A DNA stretch of 64,000 nt from Minisyncoccota bacterium (GCA_041663185.1 JBAZQY010000002.1:74629-138628); one strand, 5' to 3'; positions 48,284 through 56,972 are shown, counted from the stretch's first letter. A program made the numbers and translations. Notes: generated by a model from the sequence alone, not told the origin.

Positions 48284-49798
48284 TTATTTAATAATTTTGA
48301 TATCAGCACCAATGGAGTTTAAGCGTTCAGCAATTTCTTCGTATCCGCGACTAATCATATAGACATTGCGTAGAATTGAAGTCCCTGGGGCCGCTAACAT
48401 TGATACAAGGATAACCATAGAAGGACGAAGAGCCGGTGGACAGACAACTTGAGCAGGTTTTAATGGTGTTCCACCTTGGATATAAACGCGATGTGGGTCA
48501 GCGAGAGTTACATTGGCTCCAAGGCGATTTAGCTCTGTAAAATAAATTGCTCGATTTTCATAAACCCAATCGTGAATCATTGTTTGGCCTTTGGCTTTTA
48601 TGGCAATTGGGACAAAAAATGGTAAGTTATCGATGTTTATTCCAGGGTAAGGATTGGTGGAAATTTTATCGAAAAGGGCTGTTAATTTACCAGGTAATAT
48701 TTTAATATCAACTAATTTCGTTCGTCCATTAAAGGATAAATATTTTTTAAGTATTTTGTATTTCAGGCCCATTCTTTTCATTTTTTCTAATTCAAGAGAA
48801 AGGAAATCTATCGGGCAACGAGTGATTGTCAGTTCTGAGTCAGTGATAACAGCGGCAGATATAAACATCATCGATTCGATTGGATCTTCACTGTTCCAGT
48901 ATTCAATATTTTTATTAATATCTTTCACTCCATGTACAGTTAAGGTGGAAGTTCCAATGCCGTCTATTTTTACGCCAAGCGCCTCAAGGAAGAAACAAAC
49001 TTCTTGGACCATATAATTTGCACTAGCAAAACTAATATTTGTTACACCATTTATTTTTGCCGAGGCAGTAAGAACATTCTCACAAGCAGTATCACCAGAT
49101 TCATACATGACGATGTTGTTTGGTTTTAGCTTTTTTGATTCTATCTCGTAGTTTGTTGCTGTCGTCTTTATTTTAACTCCTAAATCCTCAAGAGCATATG
49201 TATGGGCGGCAATAGTTCGTTTTCCGAGGTTACACCCCTGGGCATGGGGGAGTTTGAAAGCAGGGAACAGGTGAATAAGTGGACCCATAAACATAACGAT
49301 AGAGCGAGTTCTGATTGCTGATTCAACATTTATTTTGTTCAAATCGAGTTTTTCAGGTGGAATAATAATGAGAGAGTTACGGTCAATCCATTTAATTTCT
49401 ACTCCGATACTCTCAAGAATTTCGATAACCCTATTTACTTCTTCAATACGGGCAATGCCATGGAGAGTTGTTTTTCCCTTATTGAGTAGAGAGGCGCACA
49501 AAAGTCCAACAGAGCCATTTTTAGAAAAGTTTGTTTTAATACTCCCGTGTAATTTTTTCCCACCGCTCACCTTGAAATCAATAGAATCATTGATTGAGAC
49601 AATTTGATGATCAAGCACCTTACTTATTTTAAGAAGTAGTTCGGTTGTGAAATTTTGTTCACCTTTTTCCATCCGGGGAACTGAACTTTGTGAAGTATCT
49701 AACGCTTTGGCGAATGCCTCCTGAGTCATTCCTCGACGTTCCCGTAATTCCTTTATAAAATAACCTATTTTTTGTTGCTCTGTTTTTTCTTTTTTCAT
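48284..49798 (-). CDS. murA: UDP-GlcNAc 1-carboxyvinyltransferase fused to an N-terminal XRE HTH
   Basis: IKELRERRGMTQEAFAKALDTSQSSV HTH; SKNG, GCNLGKR (catalytic Cys), DPIE, PYPG, ENR, RGYE. Confidence 0.92.
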   Translation of the reverse strand: MKKEKTEQQKIGYFIKELRERRGMTQEAFAKALDTSQSSVPRMEKGEQNFTTELLLKISKVLDHQIVSINDSIDFKVSGGKKLHGSIKTNFSKNGSVGLLCASLLNKGKTTLHGIARIEEVNRVIEILESIGVEIKWIDRNSLIIIPPEKLDLNKINVESAIRTRSIVMFMGPLIHLFPAFKLPHAQGCNLGKRTIAAHTYALEDLGVKIKTTATNYEIESKKLKPNNIVMYESGDTACENVLTASAKINGVTNISFASANYMVQEVCFFLEALGVKIDGIGTSTLTVHGVKDINKNIEYWNSEDPIESMMFISAAVITDSELTITRCPIDFLSLELEKMKRMGLKYKILKKYLSFNGRTKLVDIKILPGKLTALFDKISTNPYPGINIDNLPFFVPIAIKAKGQTMIHDWVYENRAIYFTELNRLGANVTLADPHRVYIQGGTPLKPAQVVCPPALRPSMVILVSMLAAPGTSILRNVYMISRGYEEIAERLNSIGADIKIIK

Positions 49799-49809
49799 AT
49801 TTACAATTT

Positions 49810-49827
49810 TATCTCATATATGATATA
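49810..49827. promoter_or_regulatory. Putative operator in the 40-nt divergent murA/murB spacer
   Basis: tatctcata|tatgatata (one mismatch), overlapping the TGnTATAAT box of murB. Confidence 0.45.
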
Positions 49828-49838
49828 ATTGCAATAGG

Positions 49839-50963
49839 ATGAATGTCAAAGAATATGTGGATATCAAAAATTATTCCACCCTTAAAATAGGTGGGCAGTT
49901 TCGCTATTTTGCAGAAATAGATAATAAAAAAGAGCTGAAGGACGTTTATGATTTTGCGGAACAAAAGAATATTCCTGTGTTTATATTGGGAGGTGGTTCA
50001 AATATTGTTTTTTCCGATGGAGTTATAAATGTTTTAGCTCTGAAGGTTGAAATTAAAGGTTTCGACATAATAAATGAAGACGACGATTTTGTTGATATAA
50101 AAGTTGGGGCGGGAGAAATTTGGGATGAAATTGTCGAAAAAACCATCGAGATGAATTTATCGGGGCTTGAAGCTCTTTCGGCCATTCCAGGTACTGTCGG
50201 GGCAACACCAGTTCAAAATGTCGGAGCTTATGGAGCAGAAGTTAAAGACACGATTATTTCTGTAGAGGTTTTTGATATTAAAAATCAAACGATAACTTTT
50301 CTATCAAATGAGGATTGTAAATTCGGATATCGAGATAGTATTTTCAAAAATGAAGCCAAGGGTAAATATGTCATAACGGCGGTGACCTATAGATTGAAAA
50401 ATATAGACATAGACCAGCAAGATATTCCTTCTAAAAATCGCTTATCCCTACCGCATCCTTCGGATTCGGCGCACGCCCACACCTACGATTTTTATAAGCA
50501 ATATCTTGCTGGTCTTCCGGTTATGAATTACCCAGGAGTTAAAAAGTATTTTGAAGATAAAAAAATAGAAAATCTCACCTTGAAACAAATTCGGGAGGCG
50601 ATAATAGAGATAAGAAAAGAGAAATTACCAAATCCAAAAATAATTCCGAATGTTGGCTCATTTTTTAAAAATCCAATTGTTGAAAATAAAATAGCTGAGG
50701 ACATTAAGGAAAAGTTTCCTAATTTGAGATTATTTCCAGTTGATGAAAAAATAACAAAAATTCCCGCTGGCTGGCTTATCGAAAATGCTGGGTTAAAAGG
50801 GAAGTCGCTTGGTAATATTTCTGTCTATGATAAAAATGCACTTGTCTTAATAAATAATGGAAATGCTTCAAAAGAAGATTTACTAGAAGCAAAAAATGAA
50901 ATAGTTAAAATAGTCAAAGAAAAATTCGGAATAACCTTAGAGCAAGAACCCGAGATTTTATAA
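49839..50963 (+). CDS. murB: UDP-N-acetylenolpyruvoylglucosamine reductase, with an in-frame family-B insert
   Basis: LGGGSN, IPGTVGATPVQNVGAYG, FGYRDS, GSFFKNP, AGWLIE, LEQEP. Confidence 0.96.
   Translation: MNVKEYVDIKNYSTLKIGGQFRYFAEIDNKKELKDVYDFAEQKNIPVFILGGGSNIVFSDGVINVLALKVEIKGFDIINEDDDFVDIKVGAGEIWDEIVEKTIEMNLSGLEALSAIPGTVGATPVQNVGAYGAEVKDTIISVEVFDIKNQTITFLSNEDCKFGYRDSIFKNEAKGKYVITAVTYRLKNIDIDQQDIPSKNRLSLPHPSDSAHAHTYDFYKQYLAGLPVMNYPGVKKYFEDKKIENLTLKQIREAIIEIRKEKLPNPKIIPNVGSFFKNPIVENKIAEDIKEKFPNLRLFPVDEKITKIPAGWLIENAGLKGKSLGNISVYDKNALVLINNGNASKEDLLEAKNEIVKIVKEKFGITLEQEPEIL
50411..50515 (+). repeat. Hairpin element family B, in-frame in murB (DQQDIPSKNRLSLPHPSDSAHAHTYDFYKQYLAGL)
   Basis: 30-bp arms with 2 mismatches, 45-nt core; 105 nt total. 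Confidence 0.93.
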
Positions 50964-51033
50964 TTAATTACGAATTACTAATTAAGAATTAATAATTTAA
51001 AATCACTAAACAATGTTTAGTGATTTTGCTTTG

Positions 51034-51115
51034 TGCCGGAGGAGAGAATCGAACTCTCACCCCTTACGAGACACGATTTTGAGTCGTGCGCGTCTACCAA
51101 TTCCGCCACTCCGGC
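51034..51115 (-). tRNA. tRNA-Leu(CAA)
   Basis: GCCGGAG/CTCCGGC acceptor stem, anticodon arm CACGA-CTCAAAA-TCGTG, long variable arm, T-loop TTCGATT; terminator hairpin at about 50999-51027. Confidence 0.97.
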
Positions 51116-51172
51116 AATGTCAACATTCTATCAGAAAAGAAGGCAAAAGCAATAAAAAACATATATTATTGA

Positions 51173-51610
51173 CTAATATATGTTTTTGGGAAGTTCATTT
51201 TCTGTAAACACTTTAATTTTTTCTTTTAATAAAAGATTTGTAAATACTCCGTTTCCAGGAATTAATTTTCCTGAAAAGGTACCGTCATATACTTCACCGT
51301 AACCGCAAGATGGAGATTTTGATTTTAAAATTGCCATATTACATTTTCTAGTTTTTGCGACTATCAGTGCTTCTTTTGCTCCATCAATAAACTGATTAGT
51401 GAGATCTTCCCCACTTTTTGTAATAATTTTATTATTATTACATTCGGCTGGTTCTCGTGGGGTGGTCATTCCACCTAATATTTCTGGGCAAACAGTGATT
51501 GCCTTACCTTGATTAACTAAATCAATAACTTGTTTACAGGGACTTGCTTTTCTGTTGTATCGGCAATGTATTCCGGCAAGACACGCGCTAACAATAAATT
51601 TATTTTTCAT
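51173..51610 (-). CDS. DUF523 (2-thiouracil desulfurase-like) protein
   Basis: VSACLAG..CRY, VCPE..GGM.TPREP, LKSKSPSCG, GNGVF. Confidence 0.88.
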   Translation of the reverse strand: MKNKFIVSACLAGIHCRYNRKASPCKQVIDLVNQGKAITVCPEILGGMTTPREPAECNNNKIITKSGEDLTNQFIDGAKEALIVAKTRKCNMAILKSKSPSCGYGEVYDGTFSGKLIPGNGVFTNLLLKEKIKVFTENELPKNIY

Positions 51611-51700
51611 AGGGAAATCTTTTTTCACACTTTATAATATTCTAATCAATTTGTCAAAGGTTTTTAATAAGAGATATTTAGTGCTAGAATAACATTACAG

Positions 51701-52834
51701 ATGAATGATTTACCGCTTTCATATATAGAGATTTCGAAAGAAAATTTGATACACAATATCAAGCAATTTCGTAGTTTATTGAAAAACAGGACTAAAATAG
51801 CCTCTGTGGTCAAGGCCAATGCTTATGGTCATGGGGATTATGAAGTGGTTAAAATCATTAGCCCTTATACAGATTATTTTCAAGTGGATAGTATGGAAGA
51901 GTTGGAAAGAGTTAGGAAGGTTACAAAAAAACCAGTATTAGTTTTTGGTTATCTAAATGAGGAAGGAATAAAAAAGGCAATTAAAATGAAAGCAATAATT
52001 TCTGCTTTTGACCTGATTCATCTTTTAAAAATTAATCGCATTGCGGGGAGTTTAAAAACTAAAGCAAAAGTTCACATCGCAATTGATTCATATCTCGGAC
52101 GTGAGGGGATAATGCCGAATCAAATAATTAATTTTATTGTTGAAGTCAAGAAAATGAAAAATATTGAGATTGATGGTATTTATTCTCATTTTGCAAATAT
52201 TGAAGATACGATGAATTTTACTCACGCCCAAAAGCAGATTGATATGTATCATGAATACATAGAAATTTTTAAAGGGAAGGGTTTTGGAAAAATAAATACG
52301 CACATATCGGCAACTTCAGGAATTCTTGTCTATGAGAAGGGGAATAGCTTACATAGTATTGTACGTCTGGGCATTGGGCTTTATGGTCTTTGGCCTAGTG
52401 AACATTTAAAATATTTGAATAAAAAGAAAATTAATTTAAAACCAGTTTTGAAATGGGTAACTCACGTCGCTCAAATAAAAATTCTTCCACCGAATCATCC
52501 TATCGGTTATGGTTTAACTTATATAACAAAGAAGACAACCAAGATAGCAGTTATCCCTCAGGGTTATGCTGATGGTTTACCTCGTTCACTTTCTAATAAC
52601 GGTGAAGTTTTGATAAAAGGCAAAAGAGCAAAAATTTTAGGAAGAGTAGCTATGAACATGACCGTTGTGGATGTTTCTCATATTAAAGATGTTTTACCCG
52701 AAGATGAAGTTATAATTTTGGGGAAGCAAGGCAATAATGAAATTACAGCCGAACAGATTGCCAAAGAGTCAGGCACTATCAACTATGAGGCAGTGACGCG
52801 AATAAGCCCACTTTTACCGAGGGTAGTTAAGTAG
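51701..52834 (+). CDS. alr: Alanine racemase
   Basis: VVKANAYGHG (PLP Lys), YSHFA, RLGIGLYG, GYADG, GRVAMN, GTINYE. Confidence 0.96.
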   Translation: MNDLPLSYIEISKENLIHNIKQFRSLLKNRTKIASVVKANAYGHGDYEVVKIISPYTDYFQVDSMEELERVRKVTKKPVLVFGYLNEEGIKKAIKMKAIISAFDLIHLLKINRIAGSLKTKAKVHIAIDSYLGREGIMPNQIINFIVEVKKMKNIEIDGIYSHFANIEDTMNFTHAQKQIDMYHEYIEIFKGKGFGKINTHISATSGILVYEKGNSLHSIVRLGIGLYGLWPSEHLKYLNKKKINLKPVLKWVTHVAQIKILPPNHPIGYGLTYITKKTTKIAVIPQGYADGLPRSLSNNGEVLIKGKRAKILGRVAMNMTVVDVSHIKDVLPEDEVIILGKQGNNEITAEQIAKESGTINYEAVTRISPLLPRVVK

Positions 52835-52969
52835 CAAGTAGAAGGTAGTATGTAGAAAGGATAAATACAGAATTTGTTCTTTTTATATTTGTGTGCTATA
52901 CTCATTTTGCGTTTGGGAATTAGTAGTATTCCCTTACTACTTACTACTAACTACTTACTACTTATAAAT

Positions 52970-53134
52970 ATGTCACAAGATAGATTATTTAAATTAAAAT
53001 GTAGTGTTTGCAAAAGTGCAAATTATTATACAGATAAGAACAAAAAACTCGTTACAAGAAAGATTGAGCTTAAAAAGTATTGTAAGAAATGCAGAAAAAG
53101 TACTAAGCATAAAGAAGCTAAAATCACTAGTTAA
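52970..53134 (+). CDS. rpmG: 50S ribosomal protein L33 (Zn-binding form)
   Basis: KLKCSVC..NYYT.KNKK..IELKKYCKKCRK.T.HKE. Confidence 0.95.
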   Translation: MSQDRLFKLKCSVCKSANYYTDKNKKLVTRKIELKKYCKKCRKSTKHKEAKITS

Positions 53135-53165
53135 ATAAAATCCCCAATTGGGGATTTTATTTTTT
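53133..53165 (+). terminator. Intrinsic terminator after rpmG
   Basis: aaataaaatcccc-aatt-ggggattttattt plus U-run. Confidence 0.75.
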
Positions 53166-53245
53166 AGCTTTAAAATTAATATTTTATTAAAAATTAAAAC
53201 CCTTGACTTAAACAGTACAAGGGTTTATAACCAAAATTGCTTAAT

Positions 53246-53782
53246 TTAATGGATGAGAAATACATTTACTCCAGCGTTATGACTTCCACCATCTACATAA
53301 TCAACATCATATAAAAAATGTCCACCAGTAAACTGATAATCCGCGGAGTGAAGAATTCCATCATCTCCCATAAAATAACCCATAATGTTTCTTTCACTCC
53401 AGATTTGCTTAATTCTTTGGCCGGAGAACTTCTCATCTTTTCTTTTACACATTGTCGCAATCATAGACCAAAGAATTTGTTGTTTAGAAAGTATTTTATT
53501 GTTTTCAATTATACTAAGTTCAGATATAATCTCTTCATCTTTCATAATAAATCGCTCATAATGTGGTTCTGGTTTTACTTTGTACAACGAATAATGCATT
53601 TCTGGTATTGGATTAAGAGGGCTTGTGATATTCAGAAGATGTTTTTTAAACTTATCACTGGAATTATTAAAGTACCATCTTGTGTAATCTTCCATGGTAA
53701 GAGGCTTCAAAAGTGATGGTAATTTTATATTTCTCTCTACCAATTTCAGATGTCTTGTTTCTTGCAAAATCTTGATTTCCAT
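53246..53782 (-). CDS. Orphan hypothetical protein with its own terminator, next to tRNA-Trp
   Basis: 178-aa ORF; hairpin aaacccttg/caagggttt at about 53197-53226; TTGACT at 53934-53929. Confidence 0.55.
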   Translation of the reverse strand: MEIKILQETRHLKLVERNIKLPSLLKPLTMEDYTRWYFNNSSDKFKKHLLNITSPLNPIPEMHYSLYKVKPEPHYERFIMKDEEIISELSIIENNKILSKQQILWSMIATMCKRKDEKFSGQRIKQIWSERNIMGYFMGDDGILHSADYQFTGGHFLYDVDYVDGGSHNAGVNVFLIH

Positions 53783-53935
53783 TTTTGTGATATTTAGGGT
53801 TAAAATACTTAATTTATTTATCTTTATCCCCCTTAAGAAACAAAGATAAATAAACTAAGTAATCAACTCGTTGATATTATCAAAAAACTGTTATTGTATA
53901 AGTAATAACATATTGTATAAATAAATCAAGTCAAG

Positions 53936-54006
53936 CGGGCGGTGAAGGAATCGGACCCTCGCCAATTCTTTTGGAGAGAATTGTACTACCACTATACTAA
54001 CCGCCC
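53936..54006 (-). tRNA. tRNA-Trp(CCA)
   Basis: GGGCGGT/ACCGCCC acceptor stem, anticodon arm ATTCT-CTCCAAA-AGAAT, G discriminator; T-loop TCCGATT. Confidence 0.93.
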
Positions 54007-54034
54007 TTATGGGTGAGTATACTACAAGAACATC

Positions 54035-54964
54035 TTATTTTCCACCCTCTTGGCGGGCAGACAAAAACTTTTTTATTTCTTTTAAAACTTTTGTTTCAGA
54101 GCCATTTTTTCTTGGGTCAATCCAAATAATATTTGCGTCGCGTTTGAACCAGGTTTTTTGACGTTTGGCATAATGCCAGATTGCTGTATTTAATTCCTCA
54201 AGCATCTTATTTTTAGGAAGTTTCCGTTGTAAATATTGCGATACGTACCTGTATTCAAGACCGAGCTCATTCATTCGCTTCCACGAGACACCGTTTTTAT
54301 GTAAATTTTCAATTTCTTTAATCATCCCTTCTCTAATTCGCGCGAATAGGCGACTACGGATTTTTTCTTTTAGAATTTCAGGTGGTAAAGTAAGACCAAT
54401 TTTTAAAACCTCATAATTTTGCAAAGGAAGGACCTTTGCAAGGAGAGGGACCTTACCTAGAGCTTTGGCTATTTCAATAGCGCGAATTAATCTGATTTTA
54501 TTATTTTTATCGATTGTTTTTGCTCGGGCTGGGTCTAATTTTTCTAAATACCCCAATAATGCTATCGCTGTTTTTGGGTAAAGTTTTTCACGGAGTTTTT
54601 TATTGGGTGGAACTTTTGGAAAGGTTGTTTCATTTGTGATTGCATCAATATAAAATCCTGTGCCTCCGCAAATAATTGAAACCTTCCCACGTTTATTTAT
54701 TTCTTCAATTTTTTTAAAAGCTCTCTTTTGAAAATCACTCACCGAAAAAACGCGTGAAGGGGAAGAAATATCAAGCAGATGATGGGGAACCCCACGCATT
54801 TCTTTTTTTGTGATTTTACCTGTTCCTAGGTTCATTCCCTTATAGACCTGACGTGAATCAGCAGAAATTATTTCCCCGTCAATTTTTTTAGCAATTTCCA
54901 CAGCAAAATCACTCTTTCCAGTGGAGGTTTGACCGAGTATTACAACTAGTTTATTTTTTCTCAT
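54035..54964 (-). CDS. miaA: tRNA dimethylallyltransferase
   Basis: GQTSTGKS, ISADSRQVY, PHHLLD, GGTGFY, YAKRQKTWF. Confidence 0.96.
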   Translation of the reverse strand: MRKNKLVVILGQTSTGKSDFAVEIAKKIDGEIISADSRQVYKGMNLGTGKITKKEMRGVPHHLLDISSPSRVFSVSDFQKRAFKKIEEINKRGKVSIICGGTGFYIDAITNETTFPKVPPNKKLREKLYPKTAIALLGYLEKLDPARAKTIDKNNKIRLIRAIEIAKALGKVPLLAKVLPLQNYEVLKIGLTLPPEILKEKIRSRLFARIREGMIKEIENLHKNGVSWKRMNELGLEYRYVSQYLQRKLPKNKMLEELNTAIWHYAKRQKTWFKRDANIIWIDPRKNGSETKVLKEIKKFLSARQEGGK

Positions 54965-54975
54965 ATTTGGTTAGA

Positions 54976-55076
54976 AAAGAAAAGTAATATTCAAAATTTA
55001 TGAGTAGGTGTGGGCGCGCCGGAGCCCGAAGGGCGGAGAGGGATAAGCGAATAAATTTTGAATATTATTTTTCTTT
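54976..55076 (-). repeat. Hairpin element family B, just upstream of miaA
   Basis: 26-bp arms with one G.T pair; core gagtaggtgtgggcgcgccggagcccgaagggcggagagggataagcga. Confidence 0.93.
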
Positions 55077-55128
55077 CACATATATTATATTCGCACAAAA
55101 ATAGTTTTTTTGCTATAATATCAAAATT

Positions 55129-55431
55129 ATGGGATTTAAAAAATTTATTACAAAACAAGCTCTTCGAATGAAAGGTGTGTCTTCTGATAAGGCGGAAGAA
55201 ATAGCTAAACAACTTGATGAAAACCCTAAAATTGCTCAAAGTTTGAAGGCTCTTGAAGGGAACAAAGAAGTTAAAGAACTTTTTGAAAAAATTACAAAGG
55301 AAATTGAAGAAAAGAAAAAAACTGGACTTGGCGAGCAGTACGCTGCAGTTTTGGTTATGGGGAAATATAAAGCGGAAATTATGAAGCATCGCGAAGCCCT
55401 TGAACCACTGATGGGTTTGATGCAGAAATAA
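55129..55431 (+). CDS. Small helical hypothetical protein
   Basis: 100-aa ORF after TGCTATAAT; 2-nt gap to the next gene. Confidence 0.7.
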   Translation: MGFKKFITKQALRMKGVSSDKAEEIAKQLDENPKIAQSLKALEGNKEVKELFEKITKEIEEKKKTGLGEQYAAVLVMGKYKAEIMKHREALEPLMGLMQK

Positions 55432-55433
55432 AA

Positions 55434-55688
55434 ATGTTATCATTTTCGGAAAAAGTTTATAAGGTAGTAATCAAAATCCCGAGAGGAAAAGTTCTGACAT
55501 ACAAAGAAGTTGCAAAGCGAGCGGGCAATTCAAACGCGAGTAGAGCTGTCGGAAATATTTTAAATAAAAATCATAATCCAAAAATTCCTTGTCACCGTGT
55601 AATTAGGTCAGACGGAAAACTTGGTGGGTACAATAAAGGGACTCGACAAAAGAGAAAAATTTTAAAAATGGAGGGATATATAAAATAA
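55434..55688 (+). CDS. MGMT-family (O6-alkylguanine alkyltransferase) single-domain protein
   Basis: IPRGKVLTY, RAVG, IPCHRV active-site motif, LGGY. Confidence 0.9.
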   Translation: MLSFSEKVYKVVIKIPRGKVLTYKEVAKRAGNSNASRAVGNILNKNHNPKIPCHRVIRSDGKLGGYNKGTRQKRKILKMEGYIK

Positions 55689-55734
55689 TTTTTTTAATCT
55701 TTATTTTTCGGTCATAATTTGCTAAAGTTCTTTT

Positions 55735-56724
55735 ATGTCACTATCAATTGGAATTGTAGGTCTGCCAAACGTCGGGAAATCGACTCTTTTTAATGTACTA
55801 ACAAAAAAGGGTGTACCGGCCGAAAACTATCCTTTTTGCACAATCGATCCATCTGTGGGAATTGTGCCTGTTCCTGATGAGAGATTATTTAAATTATCTG
55901 AATTTTCAAAATCAGCGAAAACGATACCGGCTGTTATAGAGTTTGTCGATATTGCTGGACTTGTGAAGGGAGCTTCAAAAGGAGAAGGATTAGGTAATAA
56001 ATTCTTAACAAATATTCGGGAAGTGGATGCGATTGCTCACGTCGTTCGAACATTTGAAGATAATTCGGTGATTCATGTTGATAATAAGATTAGCCCAATG
56101 GATGATATTGGTGTTATAAATCTCGAGCTTGTTCTGGCAGATTTTGAAACAGTTTCAAAACGAATTGCAAATATTTCCAAAGAATTAAAGAAGGGGGATA
56201 AAGATGCGATTACTGAGGAAATTATTTTAAAAAAATTAATGAAAGTGTTTGAGGAGGGGAAGATGGCAACAGATGCTAATTTACATGATGAAGAAAAATT
56301 TAAAATAAAATCACTTAATTTACTTACATTAAAACCGATGCTTTATGTTCTAAATACGTCAGAAGCAAGTGAAAATATTGAAATAAATTCACCTGGAATG
56401 TTTGTTAAAATTGACCCAGTATTCGAGCGGGGATTTGATAATTTGATTAAAAAAAGTTATGAACTTTTGGGACTTGAGACATATTTTACAACCGGAACTG
56501 ACGAAACTCGGGCCTGGACGATTAAAATTGGTAGTACCGCACCGGTGGCTGGAATGGCAATCCACACTGACTTTAGAGACAAATTTATTCGCGCCGAAGT
56601 TATTAATTGGAAGAGTTTACTTGAAGCAGGAAGCTATGCCGAAGCAAGAGCCAAAGGGAAAGTGCGGACAGAGGGTAAAGAATATATAGTTAAAGACGGA
56701 GATGTGATTGAATTTAGAATCTAG
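55735..56724 (+). CDS. ychF: Redox-regulated ATPase YchF
   Basis: GIVGLPNVGKST, NYPFCTIDP, DIAGLVKGASKGEGLGNKFL, IHTDF, EGKEYIVKDGD. Confidence 0.97.
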   Translation: MSLSIGIVGLPNVGKSTLFNVLTKKGVPAENYPFCTIDPSVGIVPVPDERLFKLSEFSKSAKTIPAVIEFVDIAGLVKGASKGEGLGNKFLTNIREVDAIAHVVRTFEDNSVIHVDNKISPMDDIGVINLELVLADFETVSKRIANISKELKKGDKDAITEEIILKKLMKVFEEGKMATDANLHDEEKFKIKSLNLLTLKPMLYVLNTSEASENIEINSPGMFVKIDPVFERGFDNLIKKSYELLGLETYFTTGTDETRAWTIKIGSTAPVAGMAIHTDFRDKFIRAEVINWKSLLEAGSYAEARAKGKVRTEGKEYIVKDGDVIEFRI

Positions 56725-56726
56725 GC

Positions 56727-56825
56727 AAAAAAATACGCCCCACAAATTTGTGAGGCGTCCCTTGCGGGATATTATAGCATATATTAACTTACTTATATCA
56801 TAGCAAATCTATCTAATTTTGTCAA
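56727..56825 (-). other. Nearly empty promoter-terminator unit (~65-nt predicted transcript)
   Basis: TTGACA (56825-56820)-N17-TATGAT with TG extension; hairpin 56735-56758 plus U7. Confidence 0.5.
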
Positions 56826-56882
56826 GTTCAGAAGATGGTAGTTTTATAAAGTTTAGGATTTAAAAAACAATTAAATATCTTC

Positions 56883-56957
56883 ATAAACTTTATCAATAAA
56901 AAAGTCCTCGGAGGAGGGAGGACGAGGAGCCAGACATTTACACTTTCAAAAGTTTAT
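56883..56957 (+). repeat. Degenerate hairpin element family C, upstream of tsaC
   Basis: Core gtcctcggaggagggaggacgaggagccagacat 56904-56937; remnant arms ataaacttt/aaagtttat. Confidence 0.8.
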
Positions 56958-56972
56958 TTTAGTAAAGACACT

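Noticed and set aside
53318-53716. 132-aa plus-strand ORF and other short ORFs overlapping long genes
   Set aside because: Antisense or alternate-frame shadows with no recognisable motifs or expression signals.
54991-55443. 150-aa minus-strand ORF
   Set aside because: Antisense to the 55129 gene and ends inside a family-B element.
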